64,000 nt of DNA, taken from positions 1 to 64,000 of the forward strand of contig JBFMAF010000018.1 of assembly GCA_040755995.1 (NCBI GenBank). The letters are read 5' to 3'. This DNA comes from Acidobacteriota bacterium. Its GTDB lineage: Bacteria; Acidobacteriota; CAIWXX01. Made by a program: the position numbers and the translations under genes. Every line of letters begins with the position of its first letter. Within the stretch, counting starts at the first letter, position 1. Shown piece by piece: positions 28,574 to 38,600 of the stretch. The notes under the pieces were generated by a model that had not been told where the DNA came from, made no database searches, and saw nothing but the letters and a program-made list of their open reading frames with translations.

Positions 28574-30062
28574 CGGAGACCTCCCCGGTGTGTCGGGTAG
28601 GGCGTACGATTTCGGCTACGGTACAGTGTTGTCTCTGGAAGTAGGTGCGGCAGACTTTCATGATTTCATCAGGTGTCACGCTCGCCACGATGTCATCCCA
28701 CTTGAGGAAGCCGCTCCAGTCGTTGAACATCAACTCGAAGGCCAGCAGCGAGAAGGCGAACCGGTTGCTCTCGATCACACGGATTTGCCGCGCCTGCGCC
28801 TGGTTGACGCGCCTCTGCAGCTCCTCGACTGTGACGGGTTCCCGCTTCATCCGGTCGATCTCCTTCCAGATCTCGGCGACCACATTCTCGGTGGTCGCAG
28901 GGGCGATGGGGGTCGCACTGAACATGATCAGGTGCTCGTAACGGATCCCAGGCCTGGCTTCGGCCGACACGCTGGAGGCGACGCGCGCCTGCTTCACGAG
29001 CTTGTCATAGAGGCGCGACGAGCGGCCGTCAGCCAGAATCTCCGAGATGACGGTGAGCACATATGCGTCGCGCTGCGGGAAGGTGGGCACGTGGAACCCC
29101 ATCAGAAACTCTGGCTCAGCGTCCCACTCAACCTCGACGTGTCGCTCGCCCCTCTGCTCCGGTTCGAGCGTCGTGATCGGCGGCGGCAGCGGGGCTGCCG
29201 GGACGTCGCCGAAATACCTCTCTGCCAACGCGATGACAGTCTTCGTGTCAACGTCACCGACCAGTGCGATCACGGTGTTTCCGGGTACGTAGTACTCATT
29301 ACGGAACTCCTCGGCCATCTCCCGCGTCAACTGGTCCAGGTCTTCCATCCAGCCGACGACCGGCTGGTGGTACGGATGTGCGCGGAAGGCGGCTGAGTAG
29401 AGCTCCTCCTCCAGCTTGCCCCGGGGAGTGTCGTCGTACATCCGGCGCTCCTCGCGCACCACGTCCCGTTCGGTGTAGAACTCGCGCAGCAAGGGGTGCT
29501 TGTAGCGCTCGGATTCCATCAGGAAGAACATCTCTAGCTTGTTCGACGGGAGCGAAGCGGTGTATAAGGTGATGTCGTTCGTCGTCATGGCGGCCAAGCC
29601 GGGGGCGCCTGCCGTCGTGTAGACGCGAAAGAACTCATCCTTGACTATGTACCGGCGCTGTTGATCCTCGAGGTCCTTGAGCCTCTTCCTGTACTCGTCG
29701 ACCTGGGCCGGATCCACGCCGCGCTTTCTCTGGGCCTCCTGCAGCTGGGCGACGAGTACGTCCTGCTGCTTCATCAGATCGAGCTCCTTCTGGAAGTCCA
29801 GGGTTCCGATGGCCGGTGTGCCCTTGAACGCCATGTGCTCGAACAGGTGCGCGAGCCCCGTCCCGCCTTTGGGGTCGTCGACGCCGCCGACGCGGACACC
29901 GACAACGCCCGTGAAGGTCGGAATCTCGTGCCGCTCGTAAACGACGATCCGCATCCCGTTCGCCAGAGTGTGCTTGGCAATCCTTTTCTCCAGATCGGCG
30001 AGTGGGTCGGCGGCGAGGGCGGGCGGGTAACAGAGGAGCGCGATTGCTATTATTCTTCTCAT
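28563..30062 (-). CDS. M16 (pitrilysin) peptidase, catalytic subunit
   Basis: GLAHLFEHMAFKGT (HXXEH), ERDVVREERR, signal peptide. Confidence 0.92.
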   Translation of the reverse strand: MRRIIAIALLCYPPALAADPLADLEKRIAKHTLANGMRIVVYERHEIPTFTGVVGVRVGGVDDPKGGTGLAHLFEHMAFKGTPAIGTLDFQKELDLMKQQDVLVAQLQEAQRKRGVDPAQVDEYRKRLKDLEDQQRRYIVKDEFFRVYTTAGAPGLAAMTTNDITLYTASLPSNKLEMFFLMESERYKHPLLREFYTERDVVREERRMYDDTPRGKLEEELYSAAFRAHPYHQPVVGWMEDLDQLTREMAEEFRNEYYVPGNTVIALVGDVDTKTVIALAERYFGDVPAAPLPPPITTLEPEQRGERHVEVEWDAEPEFLMGFHVPTFPQRDAYVLTVISEILADGRSSRLYDKLVKQARVASSVSAEARPGIRYEHLIMFSATPIAPATTENVVAEIWKEIDRMKREPVTVEELQRRVNQAQARQIRVIESNRFAFSLLAFELMFNDWSGFLKWDDIVASVTPDEIMKVCRTYFQRQHCTVAEIVRPTRHTGEVSDEK

Positions 30063-30499
30063 TGGCCTCTCTCCGTTGAGCCGTTCCTATCACGCGTAGC
30101 AATCGGATGACGACTGCCGCTCCATCGTCAGAAGAGTTCCCCCCTCATCGGGGGCGTGGACCCAGTAGCTTGACGCCAGGATGATCGTCGGTGGGGCGCG
30201 AGTGAGCGGTTGGTCTCACCGGCGGCGATACGGTCTTCGTAGGTCTCGATCAGGAGCTTCAAGCGGCGCAGCATCTCGGTGGACATGACGTGATCCATCA
30301 GCAGTCACGCAAACCCCCCACTCCACCGGAGCCAGAACGCGCTGGACCATATCCGCCGAACTCGGGCCGTTCTCCTCGAACCGCATTCGCAACGCGAGAC
30401 CCCAGTCCAACAGGGAAGGAACAGAACGTAAGAACTTGCTTTTCCGACCGGAGAGCGGGAATACTACTGAAGTAGTAACTCCGGCATGGAGACAGAGGC

Positions 30500-30615
30500 A
30501 AAGACACCCATCCTCCGTCCCCGGGGACGGAGGATGGGCGCGCTTGGCAATGAACTTTCGGCGATTGGCGGGAGATCACGGCTGGAGTGTAGGGCTGAGG
30601 TGCCTTGATGTCAAG
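30500..30615 (-). repeat. Copy A of a duplicated promoter + long-hairpin element
   Basis: TTGACA-17-TACACT on the minus strand, followed by a perfect 32-bp palindrome at 30507-30538. Colinear with 45697-45812. Confidence 0.8.
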
Positions 30616-30675
30616 TGTTCCAGAGAGCTGGGCAGAGCTCTGACGCCAGAGCCTGTGAGCTAGAGGTAGTAGGAA

Positions 30676-30937
30676 TCAGAGGGGTCCGGCTGGGGCTTTG
30701 GGGAGAGGAATGAGACGGGCGGGGCGCGTGCCGGCAGCTGCAGGCCTGCCTTGTCTCGCATCCTGCGCACCGAGCAGCACGCAGAGCCCGAATTGAACGA
30801 GCGCGAAGGCCAGTAGAGTCGTAAGTACACGCGTAATGACGATCCTCCTTGGTATTCCTTGCGTCCCCGATGCCAGAAGTACCAGGCAGGACCAGAGGAT
30901 AATCGAGAGCCTGATACTTGGATTCTCCGCGGCCATT
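30676..30937 (-). CDS. Small hydrophobic hypothetical protein or gene fragment
   Basis: GGGGGTG RBS-like sequence, ATG and two hydrophobic stretches, directly downstream of the LRR gene. Confidence 0.3.
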
Positions 30938-31013
30938 GGTTCACCCCCGTTTGATGTTCGGCTCAAGTGCGTATTCCGCGGATCAGCGTCCTACTCGGGC
31001 ACGAGTATGTCGC

Positions 31014-32651
31014 CTACCTGACCTTGAAACTGACCACATTGCTGGACACGCCACCGGAAACCACCTTCACCTTGTACGTCCTCCCGCTCCTGCACTTCGC
31101 CGGGATCGTCACGTCGAGCCGCGCCGTCGAGGCCTTCTTCGGCGTCGCCTTCAGCTTCCCGAAGTAGACGATGTTCGAGGCCGCGCTCGGTGAGAAGTTC
31201 AGCCCGTAGATGCTGGCAGGCGCGCCGGGCTTCCCTTTCTTGCTCTTGATGGAGGTGATCTTGGGAGCGGTCCCCGGAGTGTCTTGCACGGTAACAATCG
31301 CGAGGGAGCTGTTCACCGACCCGCATGCACTCACAACCTGCACCCAGTACTCGGCATTGGCCGTGAGCGGAGGAGTGATGTGTGACGGCGCGTCCGTGCC
31401 AACCGGCGTGCCGGTGCCCGCCCCCTTGTACCATTGGTAGTGCAGCGGCGCGGTGCCTGTGGCGCCCACGCTGAGCGTGGCAGACTGCCCGCTCGAGATC
31501 GTCTGGTCGGATGGTTGCGTGAGAATCGCGGGTGAATAGCAGGTGCCGGATGTCAACGTGGTCCCCGGGAACTCGGCCGTCCGTTCGCTTGTCACCGCAT
31601 TGTCATTCCAGATGTGCGGCCGCGTAAACGTGTCGGCCACGAAGTAGTAGGTGGTACCCGGGGCGAGCCCACTCACCGTCATGCTGGAAACGGACTTGTT
31701 AGCAGTACTGCCGTACAGGGCGTAGGGCCCACCAGCTGTCATGGAGTAGTAGATCCGATACCCTCCATCATCGACGGTGTAGGAGATCGGTGACCAGCTG
31801 ACCAAGATGGACGTGTTGTCGGAACCGACGGCATGCGCTGCGACAGGGGCCACCGTCTGCCAGCTATCCCAGTCAGTCCCGAGTTGTTTCGAGCACAAGA
31901 AACCCCAAAGCGAGGTGTTCGAGGTGTGCAGCGCGTTCCACCGGAACTCGGAAGCGCTATCGAGGAGTGCGGTGAGGTTGATAAGAGCGCCGGGAATCTC
32001 TCCCTCCAGTCGATTCGCTCCCACCCACAACCTCTCAAGATTCGCCAGGTTGCCCAGCTCCGGCGGGATGCTCCCGGTGAGACTATTGTGGTGCAGCCAC
32101 AGATTCCGCAGGCTGTGGAGATCACCGAGGACCGGCGGAATGACACCGCCTAGCGCGTTGTAGCTGAGGTCCAGCCCGGTCAGATTGGCAAGGTTGCCCA
32201 GTTCCCCCGGAATGTCGCCGCTCAGCTGGTTGGCTGAAAGGTCGAGGGAGTCGAGTTGGCCAAGACTGCCCAGTACCGCTGGTATGTTGCCGGTCAGCTG
32301 GTTGCCTCTCAACCATAGAGTCTGCAGGTTCGTGAGCTGTACCAGGTCCGCTGGTATCGCCCCGCCCAGCCAGTTACCATCGAGCCGCACCTCAATCACA
32401 GTGGAATTCCCCGGGTCCGTGGTAATGCCGTACCAGCTGCCCTCGGTGCCTGCGCTCGCGAAGCCGTCGGGAGCCAAGGGTGGCGTCTTCCAGCCGGTGT
32501 TGACCTTCCAGTAGTCTCCGCCGGTGCTATTGTAAAGCGCGATAAGCGTGGCGCGCTCGGCGGCCGGTATCGCTGCCGAAACCGGCGTCGCCGAAAGCGC
32601 CGGCGAGCACACGATCGCGAACAGCGTCCAGAATGTCTTCTTCCCGTTCAT
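31014..32651 (-). CDS. Secreted LRR + fibronectin type III + Ig + IPT/TIG domain protein
   Basis: Signal peptide, 24-aa LxxLxLxxNxLxGxIPxxLG repeats, VSGLAPGTTYYF (FN3), ILTQP..YQWY (Ig), IYGLNFS..VYFG (IPT). Confidence 0.88.
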   Translation of the reverse strand: MNGKKTFWTLFAIVCSPALSATPVSAAIPAAERATLIALYNSTGGDYWKVNTGWKTPPLAPDGFASAGTEGSWYGITTDPGNSTVIEVRLDGNWLGGAIPADLVQLTNLQTLWLRGNQLTGNIPAVLGSLGQLDSLDLSANQLSGDIPGELGNLANLTGLDLSYNALGGVIPPVLGDLHSLRNLWLHHNSLTGSIPPELGNLANLERLWVGANRLEGEIPGALINLTALLDSASEFRWNALHTSNTSLWGFLCSKQLGTDWDSWQTVAPVAAHAVGSDNTSILVSWSPISYTVDDGGYRIYYSMTAGGPYALYGSTANKSVSSMTVSGLAPGTTYYFVADTFTRPHIWNDNAVTSERTAEFPGTTLTSGTCYSPAILTQPSDQTISSGQSATLSVGATGTAPLHYQWYKGAGTGTPVGTDAPSHITPPLTANAEYWVQVVSACGSVNSSLAIVTVQDTPGTAPKITSIKSKKGKPGAPASIYGLNFSPSAASNIVYFGKLKATPKKASTARLDVTIPAKCRSGRTYKVKVVSGGVSSNVVSFKVR

Positions 32652-32876
32652 CTGAAACCTCCCTTGTCGATTGTGTCTGTTCCCTTCACCCGAGAGTGGC
32701 GACAAATCGGCGCGAACAGGCTCACGCGGGGCCCCTTTGTTGCTCGAGATAGCCCGGTCGTTCCGGCTGATGAGAGCGCTGTGGCATCGCCATGCCAAAC
32801 GGGGCTGCGTACCGGTTCCCGTATCCGTTGGCGATTGCGGACCTGGTGGGGTACCGGTGCGTCGTAGGCTAGTTGG

Positions 32877-34193
32877 TCAAAGCCCGCGCCTCGCCAGGTT
32901 CAGACGATGAGACTTGCCGATGACCCGTTTGAATTTGGGATCGACATCCGCTTCGGAAGCGTAACGCGGCCACTGGGAAATCGCGTTCGCGACCTGTCCC
33001 AGCAACGCAGGGGCACCCTTGATGCCCATCTGGTCGGCCACGGCAAGCAGATCGGCCGGTGTGAAATCGTCGCGCTTGCCGTTGATGCTCATCTGGTGGC
33101 GGTTGGTCCACTTCCCGGCCGGGTTGAATGACCACGTGACATCGAAGGCCGGGGAGAGCCGCCACTGGCCGTTCTTTTCCATCAGGAACGCGATGTTGCG
33201 GGTGTGGTCATCCTGGTTGCGGGCGAGCACGTTGAATATCATGCGCCGGTACATCTCCCGCATCGTTTCATATCCGAGATTGAGTCTCTGGATGATCGAG
33301 AATGCCTGCTCATAACCGTGCTCCCCGGCAGCGTTGAAGTCGAAGTGCCCAAGGGCACAGAGGGACTGCATGTGGATCTTCTCGCCCTGGGGCGTCCTGT
33401 CAAACCGCCGGGTCATGAAATGCGATCGCCCTCCCTCGTGGAGCAGCCGGCACGGAAACATATCGATTCCAGCAGCCGCGGCCATCAGGTGGTACGCATA
33501 TTCGACACAGCCGAATCCTTGCGGGTCTCCGAGCGTGGCCTCGTTGACGCCATCGAGCTTGAGTATCCACGGCTCGAATCCAGCCGGCGCGGGCACCTGG
33601 CCGGAGCGCACTTCGTTGGTCTTCGGGTTCCAGGCTATGACAGCCTTTGCCCGGTTGCCCCCGGCCGAAGTGCCTACGCGAATGATGGTGTTGACCGCCT
33701 CGGTCCTGGCCCGAGTCAGGCGCACCGCCCAACTGGCACGATGTCGCAGTATCTCCGCGGCCAGTTGGGTCAGCTCGGATACTTCGATGGGGATCGCCTT
33801 GCGCGCGACAGGACCCAGCGCAGGCCGGAATTCCAAGGCCCCCATGCCGCGGGTCCCCATGTAGCAGAGCCGCTCCACGGGGGTGAAATCGTTCGCGGAG
33901 CGTCCATGTTGCGCGAGCCAGAGGTCTATCAAACGGTTCCCGAAGCGATCCGGCAAGGCATCCGCCAACAGGCCAGGCAATCCCTTGAAGGTATCCCCGT
34001 TGAGGCCGGCGAATGAGAAGATGCCAATCCGCAATGGCATCATCAGGGGGGCAACGTTCAGACCCTGGCGCAAGAACTCGGGAGCGTACTCGAATCGGCC
34101 TATGCCGCGCTCCTCGTCCCAGGCAACCGCTCCAACATCCTGCCCCCAGAGCAGGACGGCCGCCACGCCGACCCTGCGGATGCGCGCCGCCAC
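32877..34193 (-). CDS. HipA-family toxin kinase
   Basis: LADALPDRFG, GMGALEF, TSAGGNRAK, RRFDR, NQDDHTRN and LSPAFDV motifs. Confidence 0.92.
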   Translation of the reverse strand: MAARIRRVGVAAVLLWGQDVGAVAWDEERGIGRFEYAPEFLRQGLNVAPLMMPLRIGIFSFAGLNGDTFKGLPGLLADALPDRFGNRLIDLWLAQHGRSANDFTPVERLCYMGTRGMGALEFRPALGPVARKAIPIEVSELTQLAAEILRHRASWAVRLTRARTEAVNTIIRVGTSAGGNRAKAVIAWNPKTNEVRSGQVPAPAGFEPWILKLDGVNEATLGDPQGFGCVEYAYHLMAAAAGIDMFPCRLLHEGGRSHFMTRRFDRTPQGEKIHMQSLCALGHFDFNAAGEHGYEQAFSIIQRLNLGYETMREMYRRMIFNVLARNQDDHTRNIAFLMEKNGQWRLSPAFDVTWSFNPAGKWTNRHQMSINGKRDDFTPADLLAVADQMGIKGAPALLGQVANAISQWPRYASEADVDPKFKRVIGKSHRLNLARRGL

Positions 34194-34196
34194 GGT

Positions 34197-34514
34197 CTAG
34201 TCCCGGATCTTGCCGCGCCGACCCGAAGCGCGGCGGCGCGCGCGCCCCTTGAGCTTGGCGAGTTGAATAGGGCTCAGACCCGGCTCCGGCAGGAATACGT
34301 CCAGTTGATCAAGAAGTGCCAGTGCTCGGAGGATACGAATCAGACTCTCCAGTGTGCACCCGCGCCCGCCTTCAAGGCGCTGCACGACGATACGGGAGAC
34401 CCCCGCCCGTTCCGAGAGCATTGCCTGGGTCATGTTCGAGTTCAAGCGCTGCCGACTCACACGCTCGCCGAGTGTTGCGAGAATCCCCTTGTCACTCATA
34501 GCCTGGTAATCCAC
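34197..34514 (-). CDS. XRE-family HTH protein (HipB-like antitoxin)
   Basis: MTQAMLSERAGVSRIVVQRLEGG HTH, immediately upstream of the HipA gene. Confidence 0.88.
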   Translation of the reverse strand: MDYQAMSDKGILATLGERVSRQRLNSNMTQAMLSERAGVSRIVVQRLEGGRGCTLESLIRILRALALLDQLDVFLPEPGLSPIQLAKLKGRARRRASGRRGKIRD

Positions 34515-34544
34515 TACACACCCTCCAGATCAAGAACGTCCATG

Positions 34545-34599
34545 AGTATGCCATCGTGAGTCCGAAATGTCAACACTGAATGACTTATTATTAAGGCAT
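34545..34599 (-). promoter_or_regulatory. Putative sigma70 promoter and operator of the hipBA-like operon
   Basis: TTGACA-17-CATACT at 34573-34545. Imperfect palindrome ATGACTTATTATTAAGGCAT at 34580-34599. Confidence 0.6.
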
Positions 34600-34891
34600 A
34601 ATGGCCGCGCGATGGCTCTTATGCACTATATGTATAGCACTATATCAGATGTCCGTTGAGGCGGACTGCCTGGAAACCCAGCCGAGCAGCAGCCTCCGAT
34701 CGACCAGGAATGCGAGGCAGCGTGGCCGCGCCTCGCGTAGAGAGCTGAGCGGGGAGACTGGGTCAGCTCCGGTGCGGCGGTGTCGTCCATCAGCATCTTG
34801 GTACACATGAATAGCGACTTGCGGTCGCGGCCCTTGATGGCGTCGCCGACACTCATATCGCAACACGTCCCGACACAGCCGGGGCTCGCTG

Positions 34892-35491
34892 TCATGCCTG
34901 CTGGTCCGTTGAATCAGCATCACCGGGGTGATTCTTGGAGGCGACTAGCTGCTCGTGCAGCCAGGCCCTCGCCATGGTCCACTCGCGCTTGACAGTCGCG
35001 ACCGAGATGCCGAGTACCTCGGCGATCTCCCCGTTGTTGAGGCCGCCGAAGAACCGAAGCTCCACGATGCGGCTCTGGCGCGGGTCGAAGACTGCGAGGC
35101 TCTTGAGTGCATCGTCAAGGGCGATCACGTCCACGCCCCTCTGTTCGGCCGAGGCCGCCATCGTATCGAGAGTGACGTGGCTGTCGCCGCCGCCACGCTT
35201 AGCGCGCCGCCGCGTGCGGGCGTAGTCGACCAGGATGCGCCGCATTGTCTCGGCGGCGATCCCAAAGAAGTGCGCGCGGCTCTCCCAGCTCAGGTACTCC
35301 TGCCCGACCAGCCGCAGATAGACCTCGTTGACCAGGGCCGTGGCCTGTAACGTGTGGTGTGGGCGTTCACTGCGCAACTGGCGGCGGGCGATGCGGCGGA
35401 GCTCGTCGTAGACCACCGGCATGAGCTCCTTGAGCGCGCTCTGGTCGCCCTTGACCCACGCATTCAGAGCCAGGGTGAATTCGTGTGACAC
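34892..35491 (-). CDS. ECF sigma factor of the kinase-associated (TIGR02999-like) type
   Basis: VYDELRRIA, HTLQATALVNEVYLRL, RRILVDYAR, VELRFFGGL and TVKREW motifs. Confidence 0.93.
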   Translation of the reverse strand: MSHEFTLALNAWVKGDQSALKELMPVVYDELRRIARRQLRSERPHHTLQATALVNEVYLRLVGQEYLSWESRAHFFGIAAETMRRILVDYARTRRRAKRGGGDSHVTLDTMAASAEQRGVDVIALDDALKSLAVFDPRQSRIVELRFFGGLNNGEIAEVLGISVATVKREWTMARAWLHEQLVASKNHPGDADSTDQQA

Positions 35492-35644
35492 TGGCTGATC
35501 CCCCGATCCTCTCTGCCGGAATTCCGGCTCAGTATAGCACGAGGGTTCAACAGGACCGAAGTGGAAATGGCCAGAGTCAGCGGCGAAGTCCTCGCATCGC
35601 CAGGGTGAAGGCTGGTGGCGCTCCGAGGACTGCTCTTGCCGTCG

Positions 35645-38600
35645 TCAACCTGTCAGCTCGAGAGCTCGGACCTGGTCCAGTACCGGCTGGTATTCTCGGC
35701 TCAGATAGGCATTGATCTGCAAGGCCTTGACTAGCGCAGCTTCTGCCTCGCCGGCAGCCTCTGCCCGTCGTTCGGGAGCCTTTTCGATTCGTGTCCGCAG
35801 CAGCAGCAGGCAGCCTCGGCACGCGTACGCCTCGGCCATCCCGGGGTTTACGGCCAGGGCCTTATCCACCATCGCCAGCCCCTCGGAGAGATCTGCGTCG
35901 AATGTTTGCCCGTCCGCCAGCTTCCACGTTGCTCGCCGCCGGCAGACCTGTGCGATCTCCTCATACGTCTCCGCCGAATCCGGGTTCAATTTCGCGGACT
36001 GATCGAAGGCATCGGCCGCCTTCTCCAGAGCAGACTCGGGTGACTTGCGCCTCTGCCTCAGGAAGTCGGCTTCGAGCAGCTCCACTCTGCCCACGGTCTG
36101 GTATATCGCATAGTCGTCCCGGTTCACATCGAGGGCTTTCTGCAGGAATGCACGGGCCTGCCGCAGTGAATCGGCGGGCGAGAGGCCGGCCATGGCCTTG
36201 TACCGAGCCTCGGCAAGATAGACCCGGCCCAGGTACGCGCTGCTGATCCCGCCGACTTCGTCGGCGTTCTTTGGATCGAGCTCATATGATTTCGTTAGGC
36301 TCTCAAGCGAGCGTCTCAGAGCAACGCGAGGGTCCAAGTCTCGGATGATTTCATACTCTGCTTCCAACAGGTGGAGCCTGCCAAGGCAGTTATAAGCGAT
36401 ATCAACCTTCAATTCCGGGACAACGACCTTGTCCAGATGGCTGAGAGCAAGGCGCAGTGAATCTCGGGGATCCCGACCATGGCTCATCTCATGACTAGCC
36501 AGGTCGGCGCAGGTAATGGCGAGGGTAGAGACCCACAGTGCGTGGCCCGGGTTGATTTCGATGCACCTCAGGTGGTGTTGAATGGCTTCACGGAAGGATT
36601 CTGTTGGGTCGCGTCCATGGGTCATCTCATGTTCGCCCCGGAGGGCGAGGCCAAATGCGAGGCTGTTGTAACCGCCCGTGGACTTCGGATTGATCACAAC
36701 CGCAGTGCGGGCGCTCTCGATTCCTCGGTGGATCGAATTCTCGGGATTGATGCCGTGCGCCATCTCATACTGGGCCAGAAACAGGTACTGGACAGAGAGG
36801 TTTCCATGGGCCATATGGTTGTTTGGATTCAATTCGACGACCCGGCGCGACTCCGCTATCGCCCTCTCTAGCGAACCTCGAGGATCCAGCCCGCAACCTT
36901 TTTCGAAAACTCCCACCTGCGTATACACGAGCCCGAGAAACAAGTGCGCGCGCTGGTTGCCCGGATCGATACGAATGCTCTTCTCTGCATGCGGAACCGC
37001 CTCTCGGAGGGTCTCCCTTGGATCCTGCCCGATGGCTCTTTCGAACAGCCCCTTGATCCAGAACGGGGTACCGAGCTCGGCGTGGGCCTCGGAACTGCCT
37101 GGGTTCAAAGAAACGGCCCTGCGGGCCGCTTCGATCGCTCGATCCAGCATGGCCGACGGGTCTTCGCCGCGCCTGTATTGATATTCACCCAGGCGGAAGA
37201 ATGCCCTGGCTTTCTGCCGGTATGCGTCCGCGTTGTCGGGGTCTGCCTTGAGTGCATCGTCACACGCCTGGATGGCTTCTTTGAAAGCGGGCTCGGGAGA
37301 TGCCCCGCTTTGATAGAGCTGCATGACCATCAGGTCTGTCTTCAGCGCGCAGAGCGCTTCGTAGACTGCGCTATCGCTTTCGCCCTTCTCCAGCGCTTCC
37401 CGATAGGCGGCCTCGGCCTGTTCGTATGAGCTCGACGCGCGCTCATTGTCGCCGTTGTCCCGGTAGCGGTTCCCGATGCTCACGTAGACATCGCCCATGA
37501 GCTTCTTCGCCTCGTAGAGGGAAGGGAACCGGTCGGCGGCCGACTGAGCCTTCTTGAGCGCATTGTCATAGTCCTTATCCATGAAAGCTATGAGCGCCTC
37601 CAGATACTCGGAAGATCCAGTAATGCCGGTCCGCCCCCATGAGATCATCTCCAGGGCAGGCCGCTTGAACCGTTCATCGATGTCCTTCCACTTCGCTTCC
37701 CTGGATGCTTTATCCGTTATCCTCTCCGCCTCTGCGAGCTCGACCTGGTAGAGCATCGCCATGGTCAAGCCGAGTGCATAGGCAACTGGGGGTGTCTGCA
37801 GTCCAGACTGGTACCAGGCGCTTTCCAGGTGCTCCCTGGCCCGCCGGTAGTCCCGCAAGGCCAGGTACCCGCGGCCGAGCGCATACTCACCGAGTCCGGT
37901 CGCGATCCGGCCGCTCTCGCCCATCTTCTGCTTGATCCACTCCATCCTCTCGGTCACTCTCTGCTTCTCGGGTCGTATGTCGTGCAGGGGAAGCAGATAT
38001 GCCACTCGCAAGATGCTCTCGATCCGCTCCACCTCCTGCCCGAACTGCTGGGCCAGCTCTGCCTGCTCTCCGGCCTTCCAGCGCGCGTGCAGGGCGACGC
38101 CCGCAGAAACCAGAATGGAGACGATGGCCAGAGCCGCCATGCCTGCGGCCGCCTTGTTCTTGCGCGCGCGCCTGTAGTACCGGTGAGCGATCCCGATTCG
38201 GCTGGCCTGAACCGGTTCCCCGTCGAGATACCGCTGCAGGTCAGCCGCGAGATCTTTTGCGGATTCGTACCGCCTCTGTGGTTCCTTTTCGAGGCACTTC
38301 ATGACCGCCGTCTCGAGGTCCACGGGAATCCTCGGATCCAGCTTGCGCAGGGGAGCGGGTTCCAGGCTGAGCACCTTCATCAGGATCTCAGTCGCCGTAC
38401 CGCCCTCGAAAGGAGGCCGACCCGAAAGGGCTTCGTAGAGCGTGGCACCAAGGCTGTACACGTCGGACCGGCGGTCCAGCTGCCGGACCTCTCCGCGCGC
38501 CTGTTCGGGTGACATGTAGGCGGGCGTGCCCATGATCATCCCCGTCATGGTCATCCCATCGGCATGCTGTTCCCGAACGAGGCCGAAATCCATGACATAC

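Noticed and set aside
30130..30300. Minus-strand peptide MDHVMSTEMLRRLKLLIETYEDR
   Set aside because: It looks protein-like but is too short to assign, and has no clear start context.
32781..32798. TGGCATCGCCATGCCA as a sigma54 promoter for the LRR gene
   Set aside because: The GG-to-GC spacing is 9, not 10, on both strands. At most it is a short palindrome.
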